In this document: piece after piece, positions 19,928 to 29,439 of the stretch | How the letters are laid out: each line of letters starts with the position of its first letter | Numbering within the stretch: position 1 is the stretch's first letter | Notes under the pieces: generated by a model | The model's database searches: none | The model's input: only the letters and a program-made list of their open reading frames with translations | Told to the model about the DNA's origin: nothing | Source: Escherichia phage vB_EcoM_3A1_SA_NWU | Length of the DNA: 64,000 nt | Sequence record: OR062524 | Reading direction: 5' to 3' (one strand) | Program-made: the position numbers and the translations under genes

Positions 19928-20170
19928 ATGAGAAAGTTTTTAATCGGAATGTTTTGTACTTATCCAAACAACAAAATCAGTTCTACTAAAGTGTGGAACG
20001 CACTGGGAATGCTAACCATGACAGGCATGTTTATCTTTTTAGGAATAGAAAAAGAAATTCCTGAATGGATGGGTTGGGCTTTTGTTTTCATGATAACCCC
20101 TTCTCGCCTCATGAAAAATCTTATTGATTTACGTTGGGGCAGATCACAATCTACCAAAGAGGATGACTAA
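19928..20170 (+). CDS. small membrane protein (two hydrophobic segments)
   Basis: 80 aa; hydrophobic stretches WNALGMLTMTGMFIFLGI and WMGWAFVFMITP, charged C-terminus; AAGGAG RBS; stop overlaps next start. Confidence 0.45.
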   Translation: MRKFLIGMFCTYPNNKISSTKVWNALGMLTMTGMFIFLGIEKEIPEWMGWAFVFMITPSRLMKNLIDLRWGRSQSTKEDD

Positions 20171-21657
20171 TGGACGAATATGGTTTGACAGATGCGGGAT
20201 TTGTAATCCCGACTTTTGACGATGTTCTAAACAATTATATGACAGCAGTAAAAAACACATTTGGTGCAGATGCAGCCACTTCGGAAGATACTGTGATCGG
20301 ACAACTGTTTAGAATAATTGCATACACAGATTATACATTGTGGGAAGGTATGCAAGGTGTTTATAATACTCAAACACTGGATGGTGCAGAAGGTATTTAT
20401 CTTGACGAAATCTTTTCTAAACGCGGTTTCTATCGAGCAGGGGCAGCAGCAAGTACAGGTTATGCCTATGTTAAGAGTAATAACAAAGCAGCTTGGACTT
20501 ATGAGTTAGGCACGGATATTTACTTCAACTCTGATAGTGATATGAACTACTATGTTAGCACACCAACTATGTTGAATGCTAAGATTGCAGCTTATCAAAT
20601 CTCTCGTGCTAATGCAACTGCTACAGGTGTTCCAAATATTACTTTTTATGCACAAAGTGCGGTAGACGGAGGACTAAACAGTAAAACACTTGCACCTGGT
20701 TCTTCTACATTTATAACAGATCTTGAAACTTTTATCAAGGCGAATTTAACAGAAGCTGATCGTAGTCTTGTATTTTCTGATTCGGGTAACTTATCAGTTG
20801 GTTTTACTTCTTTAACCAGTGATACGCCAGTGGGACTGGTAACTCCCATTAAATTTTATGCTAGTGTTCCGGTTGGAACCAAGTGGAGTGAGATTCCGGT
20901 AGTTGCAGCAGAGAAAGGATACAATCCTGTTGGTGTGGAGTCTATTACAGGGATATCTTCTACCTTTACAGGTTATCTTGACAGTGGTAACTTCTATTCA
21001 TTTTCTCCTGGTCGAGATGTTGAGACAGACGCAGAATTCCGCTCTCGTTTCAATGACAACGTTGATGAAGCTAACGCAGGGACACGAGCAGCTATTGTGA
21101 AAGCTCTGCTACTTACAGATGGTGTTACTAAGGTGAAGATTTATGATAACCCTACGTTACATGATCAAGAACATGCTCCAGCTATGACTTTCCAGACTAT
21201 AGTTTATGGAGGGAGTGCTGAAGAAGTTGCTGAAGTTATTTACAAAACTAAACCAATCAACAGTTTGACACATGGAACAACCAACATAACTGTTACAACA
21301 GAAGACGGAGGACAAGAAATTATTCGTTTTTCTCCTGGTGCTTCTGCTACGTATTCCGTAAAACTTGTTTATCAAACTGTCAACGGAACAACTTTAAGTG
21401 GAACAGAAAAACAAAACATCGTAGAAGCTTTACAAAACCTGCAAGCTTACTTTGAGTTAGGTTCTTCAGTAACGAACGATCAAATCAAAGGTGTTATTTA
21501 TGCAGCACTTGCTTTTGGACGCTTGACTTCTCTTCGTGTTTATGTTAAACTTAATACTGAGGATGACAGTAAATATACAGAGAATAATATAGTTCCTGCT
21601 TATAATGTTGTCCCTTCTTTTGACCTTGATAACATTTCTTACGAGTATGGAGTGTAA
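20170..21657 (+). CDS. baseplate J-like protein (putative)
   Basis: 495 aa; size and position upstream of I-like and fiber genes. Confidence 0.4.
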   Translation: MDEYGLTDAGFVIPTFDDVLNNYMTAVKNTFGADAATSEDTVIGQLFRIIAYTDYTLWEGMQGVYNTQTLDGAEGIYLDEIFSKRGFYRAGAAASTGYAYVKSNNKAAWTYELGTDIYFNSDSDMNYYVSTPTMLNAKIAAYQISRANATATGVPNITFYAQSAVDGGLNSKTLAPGSSTFITDLETFIKANLTEADRSLVFSDSGNLSVGFTSLTSDTPVGLVTPIKFYASVPVGTKWSEIPVVAAEKGYNPVGVESITGISSTFTGYLDSGNFYSFSPGRDVETDAEFRSRFNDNVDEANAGTRAAIVKALLLTDGVTKVKIYDNPTLHDQEHAPAMTFQTIVYGGSAEEVAEVIYKTKPINSLTHGTTNITVTTEDGGQEIIRFSPGASATYSVKLVYQTVNGTTLSGTEKQNIVEALQNLQAYFELGSSVTNDQIKGVIYAALAFGRLTSLRVYVKLNTEDDSKYTENNIVPAYNVVPSFDLDNISYEYGV

Positions 21658-21659
21658 AA

Positions 21660-22289
21660 ATGGCAGTGAGTGTTGACCATGTAACAACTTGGGCCAGTAT
21701 CAATGAAGATGTTAAAAACCTTCTGATTGAAGATTTTAAATCTTCTCCTAACATTGTCAAGCTCCTCTACATCGTATCCAGTGAAAAGCAAAAGATAGAT
21801 CAGGCAATGATCTATCTTGCTAAACACCGCTTGATCTCTACAGCCACAGGCAAATACTTAGATATTCTAGGGGAAGAAATGGGGATCGAACGTAATGGCT
21901 CTGATGATGAAGAGTATAGAACAATATTAAAAATCAGGGCTTACCGCGTAGCCTCATCGGGGACTCGTGGTGACATAATTGATATCTTCGCCCGTTTCAC
22001 AGGAACAGAACGTGAAACGCTTAATACTTACGTAGGTTTGAATAAAACCTTCGATGTGTTTTTCTACAACCTGTGTCTTCAATCTGATCAAGCTTTAGAG
22101 CAGTTGCTAAGTGTTTTCCCTATTATTAGTAGCTACCGTCTTGGAGCAAAAGCAGGATCAGCTTTTGGTTTTAGTTCTTATTATGCTACCAAACCGCCTC
22201 ATGGTATTGGTGGTTTAGGTTCCCTGTACATGGAATCTACTGGGGATGAAACAGGACGCATGTGTACGCTTCTCAAGCAAATAGATTAA
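21660..22289 (+). CDS. baseplate/tail protein (gpI-like position, putative)
   Basis: 209 aa ORF between J-like gene and tail fiber gene. Confidence 0.4.
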   Translation: MAVSVDHVTTWASINEDVKNLLIEDFKSSPNIVKLLYIVSSEKQKIDQAMIYLAKHRLISTATGKYLDILGEEMGIERNGSDDEEYRTILKIRAYRVASSGTRGDIIDIFARFTGTERETLNTYVGLNKTFDVFFYNLCLQSDQALEQLLSVFPIISSYRLGAKAGSAFGFSSYYATKPPHGIGGLGSLYMESTGDETGRMCTLLKQID

Positions 22290-22298
22290 GGAGTTTAA

Positions 22299-23360
22299 AT
22301 GGCGAAGCCAATATATTATCCTGACTGGGCTACACAAACTGTAACGCTCCCAGGAACTTTAAACACAAACAAAATTAGACCTAAAGAAACCATCCGCACA
22401 GTTGGTATGGATTATGGTCAAATCATGACTTGCGAAGAAATGAACTGGATTCTTAATAATATCGGTTTATGGATTCGCTATTTGGTGGATGACTTTCTTC
22501 CAACTTTACCTGATACTTACTTGCCTTTAGTTGGAACTAAGATTACAATGGCAGGTGATGCTACTGGTGAGGCTACTTGGAATGGTAATAAAGAAGTTAC
22601 TTTATCTATCCAAGTTCAAGATAACAGTCATAATCACTTGTCGGCAAACATTACAGATGCCACTAGTTCAACAGTAACACCAAACGTGTTGGTAAAACGT
22701 GATGCGGGTGGTGCTATTTATGGTGGTGATGTTTATGTTAACGGTACTTCCACAACAGATCCTGCGACACTGTTTTTCAAAAACTTTGCAGGACAAACTA
22801 ATGGTGAGATTTCTGCCGAATACCAAAGTGGAGGTCAGCTTTATATTTATCGTAGAAATCCTAGCACAGGTAGTGTATCAGCAGGTGTTCGTTTATATGA
22901 TGCAGGTTATGTTCTAATAGACAGTCCAAGATCAAACAGTGGACAAGATACTTCTAACGGAAATGCTTTAGTTCGCTTAGATTATCTGAATTCTCGTTTG
23001 ACTTCTCTTCAGAACACATTGCAGACGAATATTAATACTGTTCAAAACAACCTGAATAGTGTTAACAGCAACCTCTCTTCCCGTATAAACAATGTAGAAA
23101 GTAATCATCAAAGTCAGATTACAAACAACTACAATTATGCTAACGGAACCTTTGTAAGAGATATTCGTTACACTAGCCAAGGTGTGTATTATCCACCAGG
23201 GAACGAAGTTTCTTGGACTTATATCTGTTCTTCTGGTTATGTTCTTTCTGGTATTATTGTCCAGGAAACAGGGCGTAGTTCTGCGGATAACATCGGTGGG
23301 GTTTATTTCAAACGCCTCCAGCGCAACGTTAACGGAAACTGGTACGATATCGGAGGCTAA
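22299..23360 (+). CDS. tail fiber protein
   Basis: 353 aa; Asn/Gln-rich coiled region (NTLQTNINTVQNNLNSVNSNLSSRINNVESN), Gly/Tyr-rich C-terminus. Confidence 0.55.
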   Translation: MAKPIYYPDWATQTVTLPGTLNTNKIRPKETIRTVGMDYGQIMTCEEMNWILNNIGLWIRYLVDDFLPTLPDTYLPLVGTKITMAGDATGEATWNGNKEVTLSIQVQDNSHNHLSANITDATSSTVTPNVLVKRDAGGAIYGGDVYVNGTSTTDPATLFFKNFAGQTNGEISAEYQSGGQLYIYRRNPSTGSVSAGVRLYDAGYVLIDSPRSNSGQDTSNGNALVRLDYLNSRLTSLQNTLQTNINTVQNNLNSVNSNLSSRINNVESNHQSQITNNYNYANGTFVRDIRYTSQGVYYPPGNEVSWTYICSSGYVLSGIIVQETGRSSADNIGGVYFKRLQRNVNGNWYDIGG

Positions 23361-23906
23361 ATGATATTTACAAATTTTAAAAGATATATTCCCGAAGATC
23401 CCGAACTAAAAGAATTGGTAGAAGTAGAGAACATTCTTTTTCTTCGTTGCGATCAAGGTTACGATTGGTATGATTTACGTAGCACAGGATTCAATAACGA
23501 TAAAATGAAAGTCGTTTTTGACGATCAAAATCGTATTGTGTTTTGGAACACTGATCCTACATTACTTTGCCCTGAAGATCTTTCTATAGCACAAGTGGAC
23601 TTTAATATAGACACTTTTGAGGATATTAGAAACAAGGTTCTGGATTTAGAAACTTTGACTCTTAAGGATAAAGAGTATTCCCGTGAAGAGTTGATGACAC
23701 AAGCTAGTGCAAAAATTCGCTCTTTACAAGAAACAGCGGTAGCACTTATAACACCTTTACAGTATGCTAAAGATTTAGAAATGGCTACTGAAGATGAATT
23801 AGCTTATCTTAAAAATCTTCAAGTTTATGTGGTTAAACTAAACCGTGTTCCGCTTCAAAAAGACTATCCTTACACTATAGATTGGCCTACATTACCAACG
23901 GAATAA
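23361..23906 (+). CDS. tail fiber assembly/chaperone protein (putative)
   Basis: 181 aa ORF immediately after fiber gene, ATGA-coupled. Confidence 0.4.
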   Translation: MIFTNFKRYIPEDPELKELVEVENILFLRCDQGYDWYDLRSTGFNNDKMKVVFDDQNRIVFWNTDPTLLCPEDLSIAQVDFNIDTFEDIRNKVLDLETLTLKDKEYSREELMTQASAKIRSLQETAVALITPLQYAKDLEMATEDELAYLKNLQVYVVKLNRVPLQKDYPYTIDWPTLPTE

Positions 23907-23915
23907 GGGATCATT

Positions 23916-24251
23916 ATGGAATTTCAAGAAGCATGGGGACTTGCAAAGGATGCAATAATCCCTTTAATCGGAGTCATCTGGTTCTTTTTCAAACAAAAAA
24001 TGGATAAATTCGGCTCTGATCTTGAGGAAATGGAGGAGAAAAGTCGAGAGCTAGAGAAGAAGTTGGTCTTTGTTGAATCAACTTATGCAACTAAAGCCGA
24101 ACTTACCCAGATGCTAAATCAAATTAACTCTACATTAATGGCAAATAATAACACTCTTGAGCAAAAAATTGAAAAGATTATGGACCTCAAGAATGCGACT
24201 ATCCAAATGATGCTAGATGACATAGTTAAACGTACACAGAATAAGGGGTAA
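23916..24251 (+). CDS. membrane-anchored coiled-coil protein
   Basis: 111 aa; N-terminal hydrophobic segment AIIPLIGVIWFFF then charged helical region. Confidence 0.4.
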   Translation: MEFQEAWGLAKDAIIPLIGVIWFFFKQKMDKFGSDLEEMEEKSRELEKKLVFVESTYATKAELTQMLNQINSTLMANNNTLEQKIEKIMDLKNATIQMMLDDIVKRTQNKG

Positions 24252-24254
24252 TTA

Positions 24255-27200
24255 ATGGCAACATTCCCAACGTATCCAGCAACGTCTCTTGAACAGGGCG
24301 TAGATCTGGTTATTTTCTCGTCCAATCAACTTCATGATGTTATTAATGGAAGTGCGACAGAAAGTATTGAGACAGAATCAGGGTTGATACCAACCCTGAG
24401 AAAAGCCCTTGTTGATAACTTTTTCTTTAAAAGCCCATTGGATTGGGCGCAAGGCACAAATGAAACGGTTTTTAACCAACTACGTTATTTTCAGAATGGG
24501 GTATTGAGCGGTTATTATTATGCTCCTAATGCTACATTGGTAAACCCAATCCCTATGCAAGGTACTCCAGTAGGAGATAACAACTGGGTATTGTGGGGAT
24601 TGAAGACAGAACAATTGGCAACAGAAGTCACACCTTGGGTATATTCTGGTGCAACTGGTTATGAAACAGTAATCAGTCCTCCTTACATCTTTGATAGTGC
24701 TATTGTTACGATCAATGGTGTTATTCAGGTTCTGGGGGAAGCTTTCCGTATAGAAGATAGTAAGATCATCTTATCTGAACCTTTGGGACACGATCCTGCA
24801 ACAGGACTGCCAAACAAGCTTTTCGCTTATATTGGTAAAATCGTAGCTTCAGCAGATACAGATCCTAATCTAGAGAACCGTCTTGTTAGTTTAGAAACAA
24901 AAACGGAAGAACTAACAGAAAGCATGGATAAAGTCCCTCTGCAAACTATTGCTCGTAAATATGGTTTGTTAGATGATGAGGTGGCTTACGCAACAGCAGG
25001 TCAATCGTTAACAGGGATTAAAGCTCTGTATGATCCGGTAGCACAGTCTTCCTACACATTACCTCCTAACATCACAGGAACTTTAACATCTTTGTCTGTT
25101 TCTGGAGTAATGACTTATTCTGGAGGGTCTGTAGATCTTTCTGCACTAGCTGTTGAACGTGGACAGTTTGTCCATTTGCCTACAAGCTTTGGTAATAACG
25201 TAACTCTGACAGCTAAAAATCAGACGATTGGACGTGGTGCTGGTCGTTATCGTTGGGCTGGAAGTTTACCAAAAAGTATTTTGGCCTCCGATACATTGGA
25301 GACAAGCGGTGGATTAGGTCCAAATGCATGGGTTCTGACCAATACAGAAGGACTGTTAACCCCTCGTGGTGGAACATACAACGATTTATTCGATGTTGTC
25401 TACTTATCAGAATTTGCTAACAACACAACAACATATACCACACCAGAAGCAGCTTTCCAGGCGGCACTGTTAGCAGCAAAAGCTTCGAAAAGCAAGATTC
25501 TCGATGCTTACGGTTGCGATATGACTTTCACGACAAGCTCTTTTGATATTCAAGGTATCACTTTGCGTGGGGGTGTGTTCCGTGGTCAACGCGACTATCG
25601 TGTGCAAAATGCTACAGTAGAAGGCACAACTTTCCGTAACTCTCGTGTTATGTATTGGGGTGGTGCTGTGCGCATGTTCGATTGTTTGTGGGACGGTGCT
25701 CCTCGCGCAGGTCAAGTTGGTAGCTTGGTATTCCAAGGCAACCCAATATCAGGTACTTTTGAAATTGATAACTGTACTTTTAAAAATGGGTTGTATGGCA
25801 TCCTTCAACAAGGAACAGGGGAACCAGTAACACGTGGTGTCTTCCGTAACCTTACCTTCATGGACATGCAAGGTGATGCAATAGAACTGAACGTCATCAA
25901 TAAACATTATGACGATGGTTGTGTGATTGAGAATATTTACCTGTCTAATATCGATGGGACTAACGCTCCTATTCCTCTGTCCAACTGGGGTATCGGTATC
26001 GGTGTAGCTGGTAAAGGACCATATGGTTACGGAATCCCTGATGATCAATATTGCAAGAATATTACAATTCGTAACGTTTTTGCAAAACGTTGTCGTCAGA
26101 TTGTCCACGTAGAAGTTGGTCGTAATATCTCTATCGAAAACATTCATGGCGATCCAGACCAGACCGTATCTGTTGGGACAGGTTTGGCAACTGGCGCAGT
26201 TGTAATGTATGGAAGTAAAGATTTTACGATTGACGGTGTTTACGGAGAGCCTAAAACAGACGGTAGCACACTTGCAAGTAATATCCGTATGATTTATTTG
26301 GAGTGGGGAACTAATGCAGTTCTGGACGAAGAGGGTAATCCGGTAGTTCCGGCACAGGGTAGACCTTCAAACCCATGCTTTAACTATTCTGTTCGTAACA
26401 TTCACACCAAAACTGGGCGTGTTTTTGCGGGAGTTTCCGCTGGGCCAGGTTATGAAAACAGAGTTAGCTTTGAAAATATTCGTTGCGCTGCATTGCAGTT
26501 GTTCGGTATAGCTTCTTGGCTTTCAATGTCTAACATCACCTGTAATATCTTCGATTGTGTTGGTCAACCTGAATCTGGTCCAGGAACATTTTATGATGGA
26601 TTCTTCCGTAGAGAAAAATCTGTTCTTGAAATGGTTAACGTAAACTGTTACCCAGATGGCAAGACGATGGTTACTGGTCGTCCACAGTGGAGCCGTTGCC
26701 GTTACTCGGATATTCATCGTGTCAACTGTAATGTTGAAGCTAATATGTATACCAATATCGCAGGTGGTATTGGAGCTATTGTAGGGACAACGGGCAAAGT
26801 TTATTACTTAGAGCCTAATCCTAGTCGAAACATTGACGGAATGCATTTCCCAACAGGGAAAGAGTTTGACAAAGGTGATATGATAGTCAAGGCGGATAAT
26901 ACGTTCTTCCTTGTAACAACAAGTGGGGCATATATTCCAGATATCCCAGCTTTCGGTATTCGAGCTACACAGGCAGGAGATACCTTCCTGACACAGAACT
27001 TGACTCCTAACGGGACAGCAACAAATGCTTCTTGGTTGTATCATTACCCTCTGTCAGCAGGGACACGTATTCGTATTCCTGGTGCTGGCGTAGGTGGAGC
27101 AGATTTGGACACAGTTATTACTCGTGCACCTTATCAAGATAATGATACGTGGACTAACCCAGTTAAAATAGACATTGCAGATCCAATTGTAACGCCTACA

Positions 27201-27308
27201 AGTGCTGGAGTTAGAATTAAAACCATACCTAATGATTCCAGTAATGTTTCTGTAGGTAATACTGCGGTTATTCGCCCAACGCCAGTAGTAGATGTGCCAA
27301 CAACCTAA
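24255..27308 (+). CDS. tailspike protein with beta-helix-like repeats (putative depolymerase)
   Basis: 1017 aa; repeated N-x-[ST]/hydrophobic rungs (e.g. NITIRNVFAKRCRQIVHVEVGRNISIENIHG) typical of right-handed beta-helix. Confidence 0.55.
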   Translation: MATFPTYPATSLEQGVDLVIFSSNQLHDVINGSATESIETESGLIPTLRKALVDNFFFKSPLDWAQGTNETVFNQLRYFQNGVLSGYYYAPNATLVNPIPMQGTPVGDNNWVLWGLKTEQLATEVTPWVYSGATGYETVISPPYIFDSAIVTINGVIQVLGEAFRIEDSKIILSEPLGHDPATGLPNKLFAYIGKIVASADTDPNLENRLVSLETKTEELTESMDKVPLQTIARKYGLLDDEVAYATAGQSLTGIKALYDPVAQSSYTLPPNITGTLTSLSVSGVMTYSGGSVDLSALAVERGQFVHLPTSFGNNVTLTAKNQTIGRGAGRYRWAGSLPKSILASDTLETSGGLGPNAWVLTNTEGLLTPRGGTYNDLFDVVYLSEFANNTTTYTTPEAAFQAALLAAKASKSKILDAYGCDMTFTTSSFDIQGITLRGGVFRGQRDYRVQNATVEGTTFRNSRVMYWGGAVRMFDCLWDGAPRAGQVGSLVFQGNPISGTFEIDNCTFKNGLYGILQQGTGEPVTRGVFRNLTFMDMQGDAIELNVINKHYDDGCVIENIYLSNIDGTNAPIPLSNWGIGIGVAGKGPYGYGIPDDQYCKNITIRNVFAKRCRQIVHVEVGRNISIENIHGDPDQTVSVGTGLATGAVVMYGSKDFTIDGVYGEPKTDGSTLASNIRMIYLEWGTNAVLDEEGNPVVPAQGRPSNPCFNYSVRNIHTKTGRVFAGVSAGPGYENRVSFENIRCAALQLFGIASWLSMSNITCNIFDCVGQPESGPGTFYDGFFRREKSVLEMVNVNCYPDGKTMVTGRPQWSRCRYSDIHRVNCNVEANMYTNIAGGIGAIVGTTGKVYYLEPNPSRNIDGMHFPTGKEFDKGDMIVKADNTFFLVTTSGAYIPDIPAFGIRATQAGDTFLTQNLTPNGTATNASWLYHYPLSAGTRIRIPGAGVGGADLDTVITRAPYQDNDTWTNPVKIDIADPIVTPTSAGVRIKTIPNDSSNVSVGNTAVIRPTPVVDVPTT

Positions 27309-27313
27309 TGGAA

Positions 27314-27343
27314 TAGAGGGGGAATCCCCCCCCCTCTTCTTCC
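27314..27343 (+). terminator. terminator-like GC hairpin
   Basis: agaggggg-aat-cccccccctct palindrome after tailspike stop. Confidence 0.45.
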
Positions 27344-27373
27344 AATAGAATGGTCTAATGATAGGAGAGATAA

Positions 27374-29398
27374 ATGAATTTAACAAGACCTAATAGTGCG
27401 ATAGCCGATCTGGTAGAAGCTACTTATCGAAAACGTCGCAGCTTTGAGGCAGGTTTTACATTACGTAATTCCCGTGAAGTTTTGCTGTTAGCAGCAGAAG
27501 GGAATTATTACCAATGGAAAGGAACTTTTCCTAAAGTAGTTCCAGCAAACTCTACGCCAGCCACCACAGGTGGTATTTCTTCCCTTGCATGGCAAAGTGT
27601 TGGGACCGCTGATGATATAGCAATTATCAATGCCAAGTTTACGGCAATGCAGCAACAAATTGATGATCTGTCGGAAACAATACCTGAAGCTGGTAAATCG
27701 GCTTATCAGATCGCACTTGATAATGGTTTTGTTGGAACAGAAGCACAATGGCTTGCCTCTTTGAAAGGGGATACTGGTGCTCAACTCAATATTAAAGGAT
27801 CATTAGCAAGCACTAGTGAACTACCATCCACAGGTAACGTTGCAGGGGATGGTTATATCGTAGGCGATGTAATCTACGCTTGGGATGGTTCTGTTTGGAA
27901 ACTTATTTCTTCTCTTGGACCAGAAGGTAAATCAGCTTACGAGGTATGGTTGGCAGATGGTAATACAGGATCTGTTTATGATTTTCTTACCTCTATAAAA
28001 GGTGATAAAGGCGATGTTGGTCCTACAGGGCCACAGGGAGCACCTGGTGTTAACGCCAACGGTTTTGATTATCGTGGAGATTTGCCTTCTACAAGTAACT
28101 TACCACAACCTAACTCTGAAAACGTAAGCCAAGCTTATTCTATCAGTGGTAATCTTTATGTCTCTAATGGGACAGCTTGGGTCAACATGGGTAATATTGT
28201 TGGTCCTCAAGGTCCACAAGGTGAGGCAGGTAAAGACGGTCTAGATGGAACAGATGGAGATGAAGGGAAATCTGCATATCAAAGTTGGCTGGATGCTGGT
28301 AATGAAGGGACAGAAGTAGATTTTATTGCCTCGCTTAAAGGTCCAAAAGGAGACAAGGGTGATCAAGGAGAGCGAGGTCCACAAGGCGAATTAGGTCCAC
28401 AAGGACCAGTAGGCGCAACAGGATCAGGCTTAGAGATTATCGGGGTTCTGAACAGCGAAGCTGAACTTCCTCCGACTGGAGAAGTAGGTGATGCATATAA
28501 AATTAATAATGATTTGTATGTTTGGGTCCAAGATGCTACGGAATGGATGAATGTTGGCAGTCTCGGAGGAACATCAATTACAGCTAAAGGTCATGTTCCG
28601 AACAGTGAAGCTCTCCCTGTTTACAATAACTATGGTGATGCTTACTTAACTGAAGACACTAGTAATCTTTACATCTATACCTACGATCAAGACACCAATT
28701 CCGCATCTTTTGTTGACATGGGAAGTATTAAAGGCGACAAAGGTGAAAAAGGGGATAAAGGAGATAAGGGTGATCCTGGAACAAACGGAACCAACGGTAC
28801 TGATGGGACCAACGGTAAGGACGGCGCACAGTGGTTTGTAGCAACAACTAATCCAGTCGCAGGAGACGGTGTTATCAATGATTACGCCTTCAATACTACC
28901 ACTGGAGCAGTGTTTAAGAAAACAGATTCTTCTACGTGGACACTTATAGGAACTCTTCCTAGTATACCAGAAGCCCCTCAAGACGGCTTGACGTATGGTC
29001 GTTCTGATGGAAACTGGATCGAAATATCAGGATCAGATCCTACGGAAGCTATAACACCAACTAGAGTTACAGCAGGTTTCATGGAACTTGAAACAACTAC
29101 TGCCAACTCTGGAGCATCTTGGACTCCTTCTGGAACTTCCAATATGTATGTTGTTACAGTAACTGACGCTCTGACAGTTGGAGCATGGCCTGGTGTCACT
29201 GGCTCTACAAAACCTAAAGCGTTTTCAGCAATGATTTATTTGATTCAAGATACAACGGGACACACGGTTACACTAGATGCGTCTTATGGAGCACTAAATG
29301 ATACAGAAATAGCAACTACTGCTAACGCAGTAACAATTTTGCAATTAACGTATCCTGGTGTGGGTGATATCGTGGACATGGTTGTTGTAACACGGTAA
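27374..29398 (+). CDS. tail fiber protein with collagen-like Gly-X-Y tracts and phage tail fibre repeats
   Basis: 674 aa; GPTGPQGAPG, GPQGPQGEAGKDGLDGTDGDEG, GDKGEKGDKGDKGDPGTNGTNGTDGTNGKDG; three copies of GKSAYxxxLxxGxxGxxxxFxxSLKG. Confidence 0.7.
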   Translation: MNLTRPNSAIADLVEATYRKRRSFEAGFTLRNSREVLLLAAEGNYYQWKGTFPKVVPANSTPATTGGISSLAWQSVGTADDIAIINAKFTAMQQQIDDLSETIPEAGKSAYQIALDNGFVGTEAQWLASLKGDTGAQLNIKGSLASTSELPSTGNVAGDGYIVGDVIYAWDGSVWKLISSLGPEGKSAYEVWLADGNTGSVYDFLTSIKGDKGDVGPTGPQGAPGVNANGFDYRGDLPSTSNLPQPNSENVSQAYSISGNLYVSNGTAWVNMGNIVGPQGPQGEAGKDGLDGTDGDEGKSAYQSWLDAGNEGTEVDFIASLKGPKGDKGDQGERGPQGELGPQGPVGATGSGLEIIGVLNSEAELPPTGEVGDAYKINNDLYVWVQDATEWMNVGSLGGTSITAKGHVPNSEALPVYNNYGDAYLTEDTSNLYIYTYDQDTNSASFVDMGSIKGDKGEKGDKGDKGDPGTNGTNGTDGTNGKDGAQWFVATTNPVAGDGVINDYAFNTTTGAVFKKTDSSTWTLIGTLPSIPEAPQDGLTYGRSDGNWIEISGSDPTEAITPTRVTAGFMELETTTANSGASWTPSGTSNMYVVTVTDALTVGAWPGVTGSTKPKAFSAMIYLIQDTTGHTVTLDASYGALNDTEIATTANAVTILQLTYPGVGDIVDMVVVTR

Positions 29399-29401
29399 CA
29401 G

Positions 29402-29426
29402 AAGCCCCGAAAGGGGCTTTCTTTTT
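29402..29426 (+). terminator. rho-independent terminator
   Basis: aagcccc-gaaa-ggggctt followed by tcttttt. Confidence 0.55.
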
Positions 29427-29439
29427 ATGGAGGGTTTAA

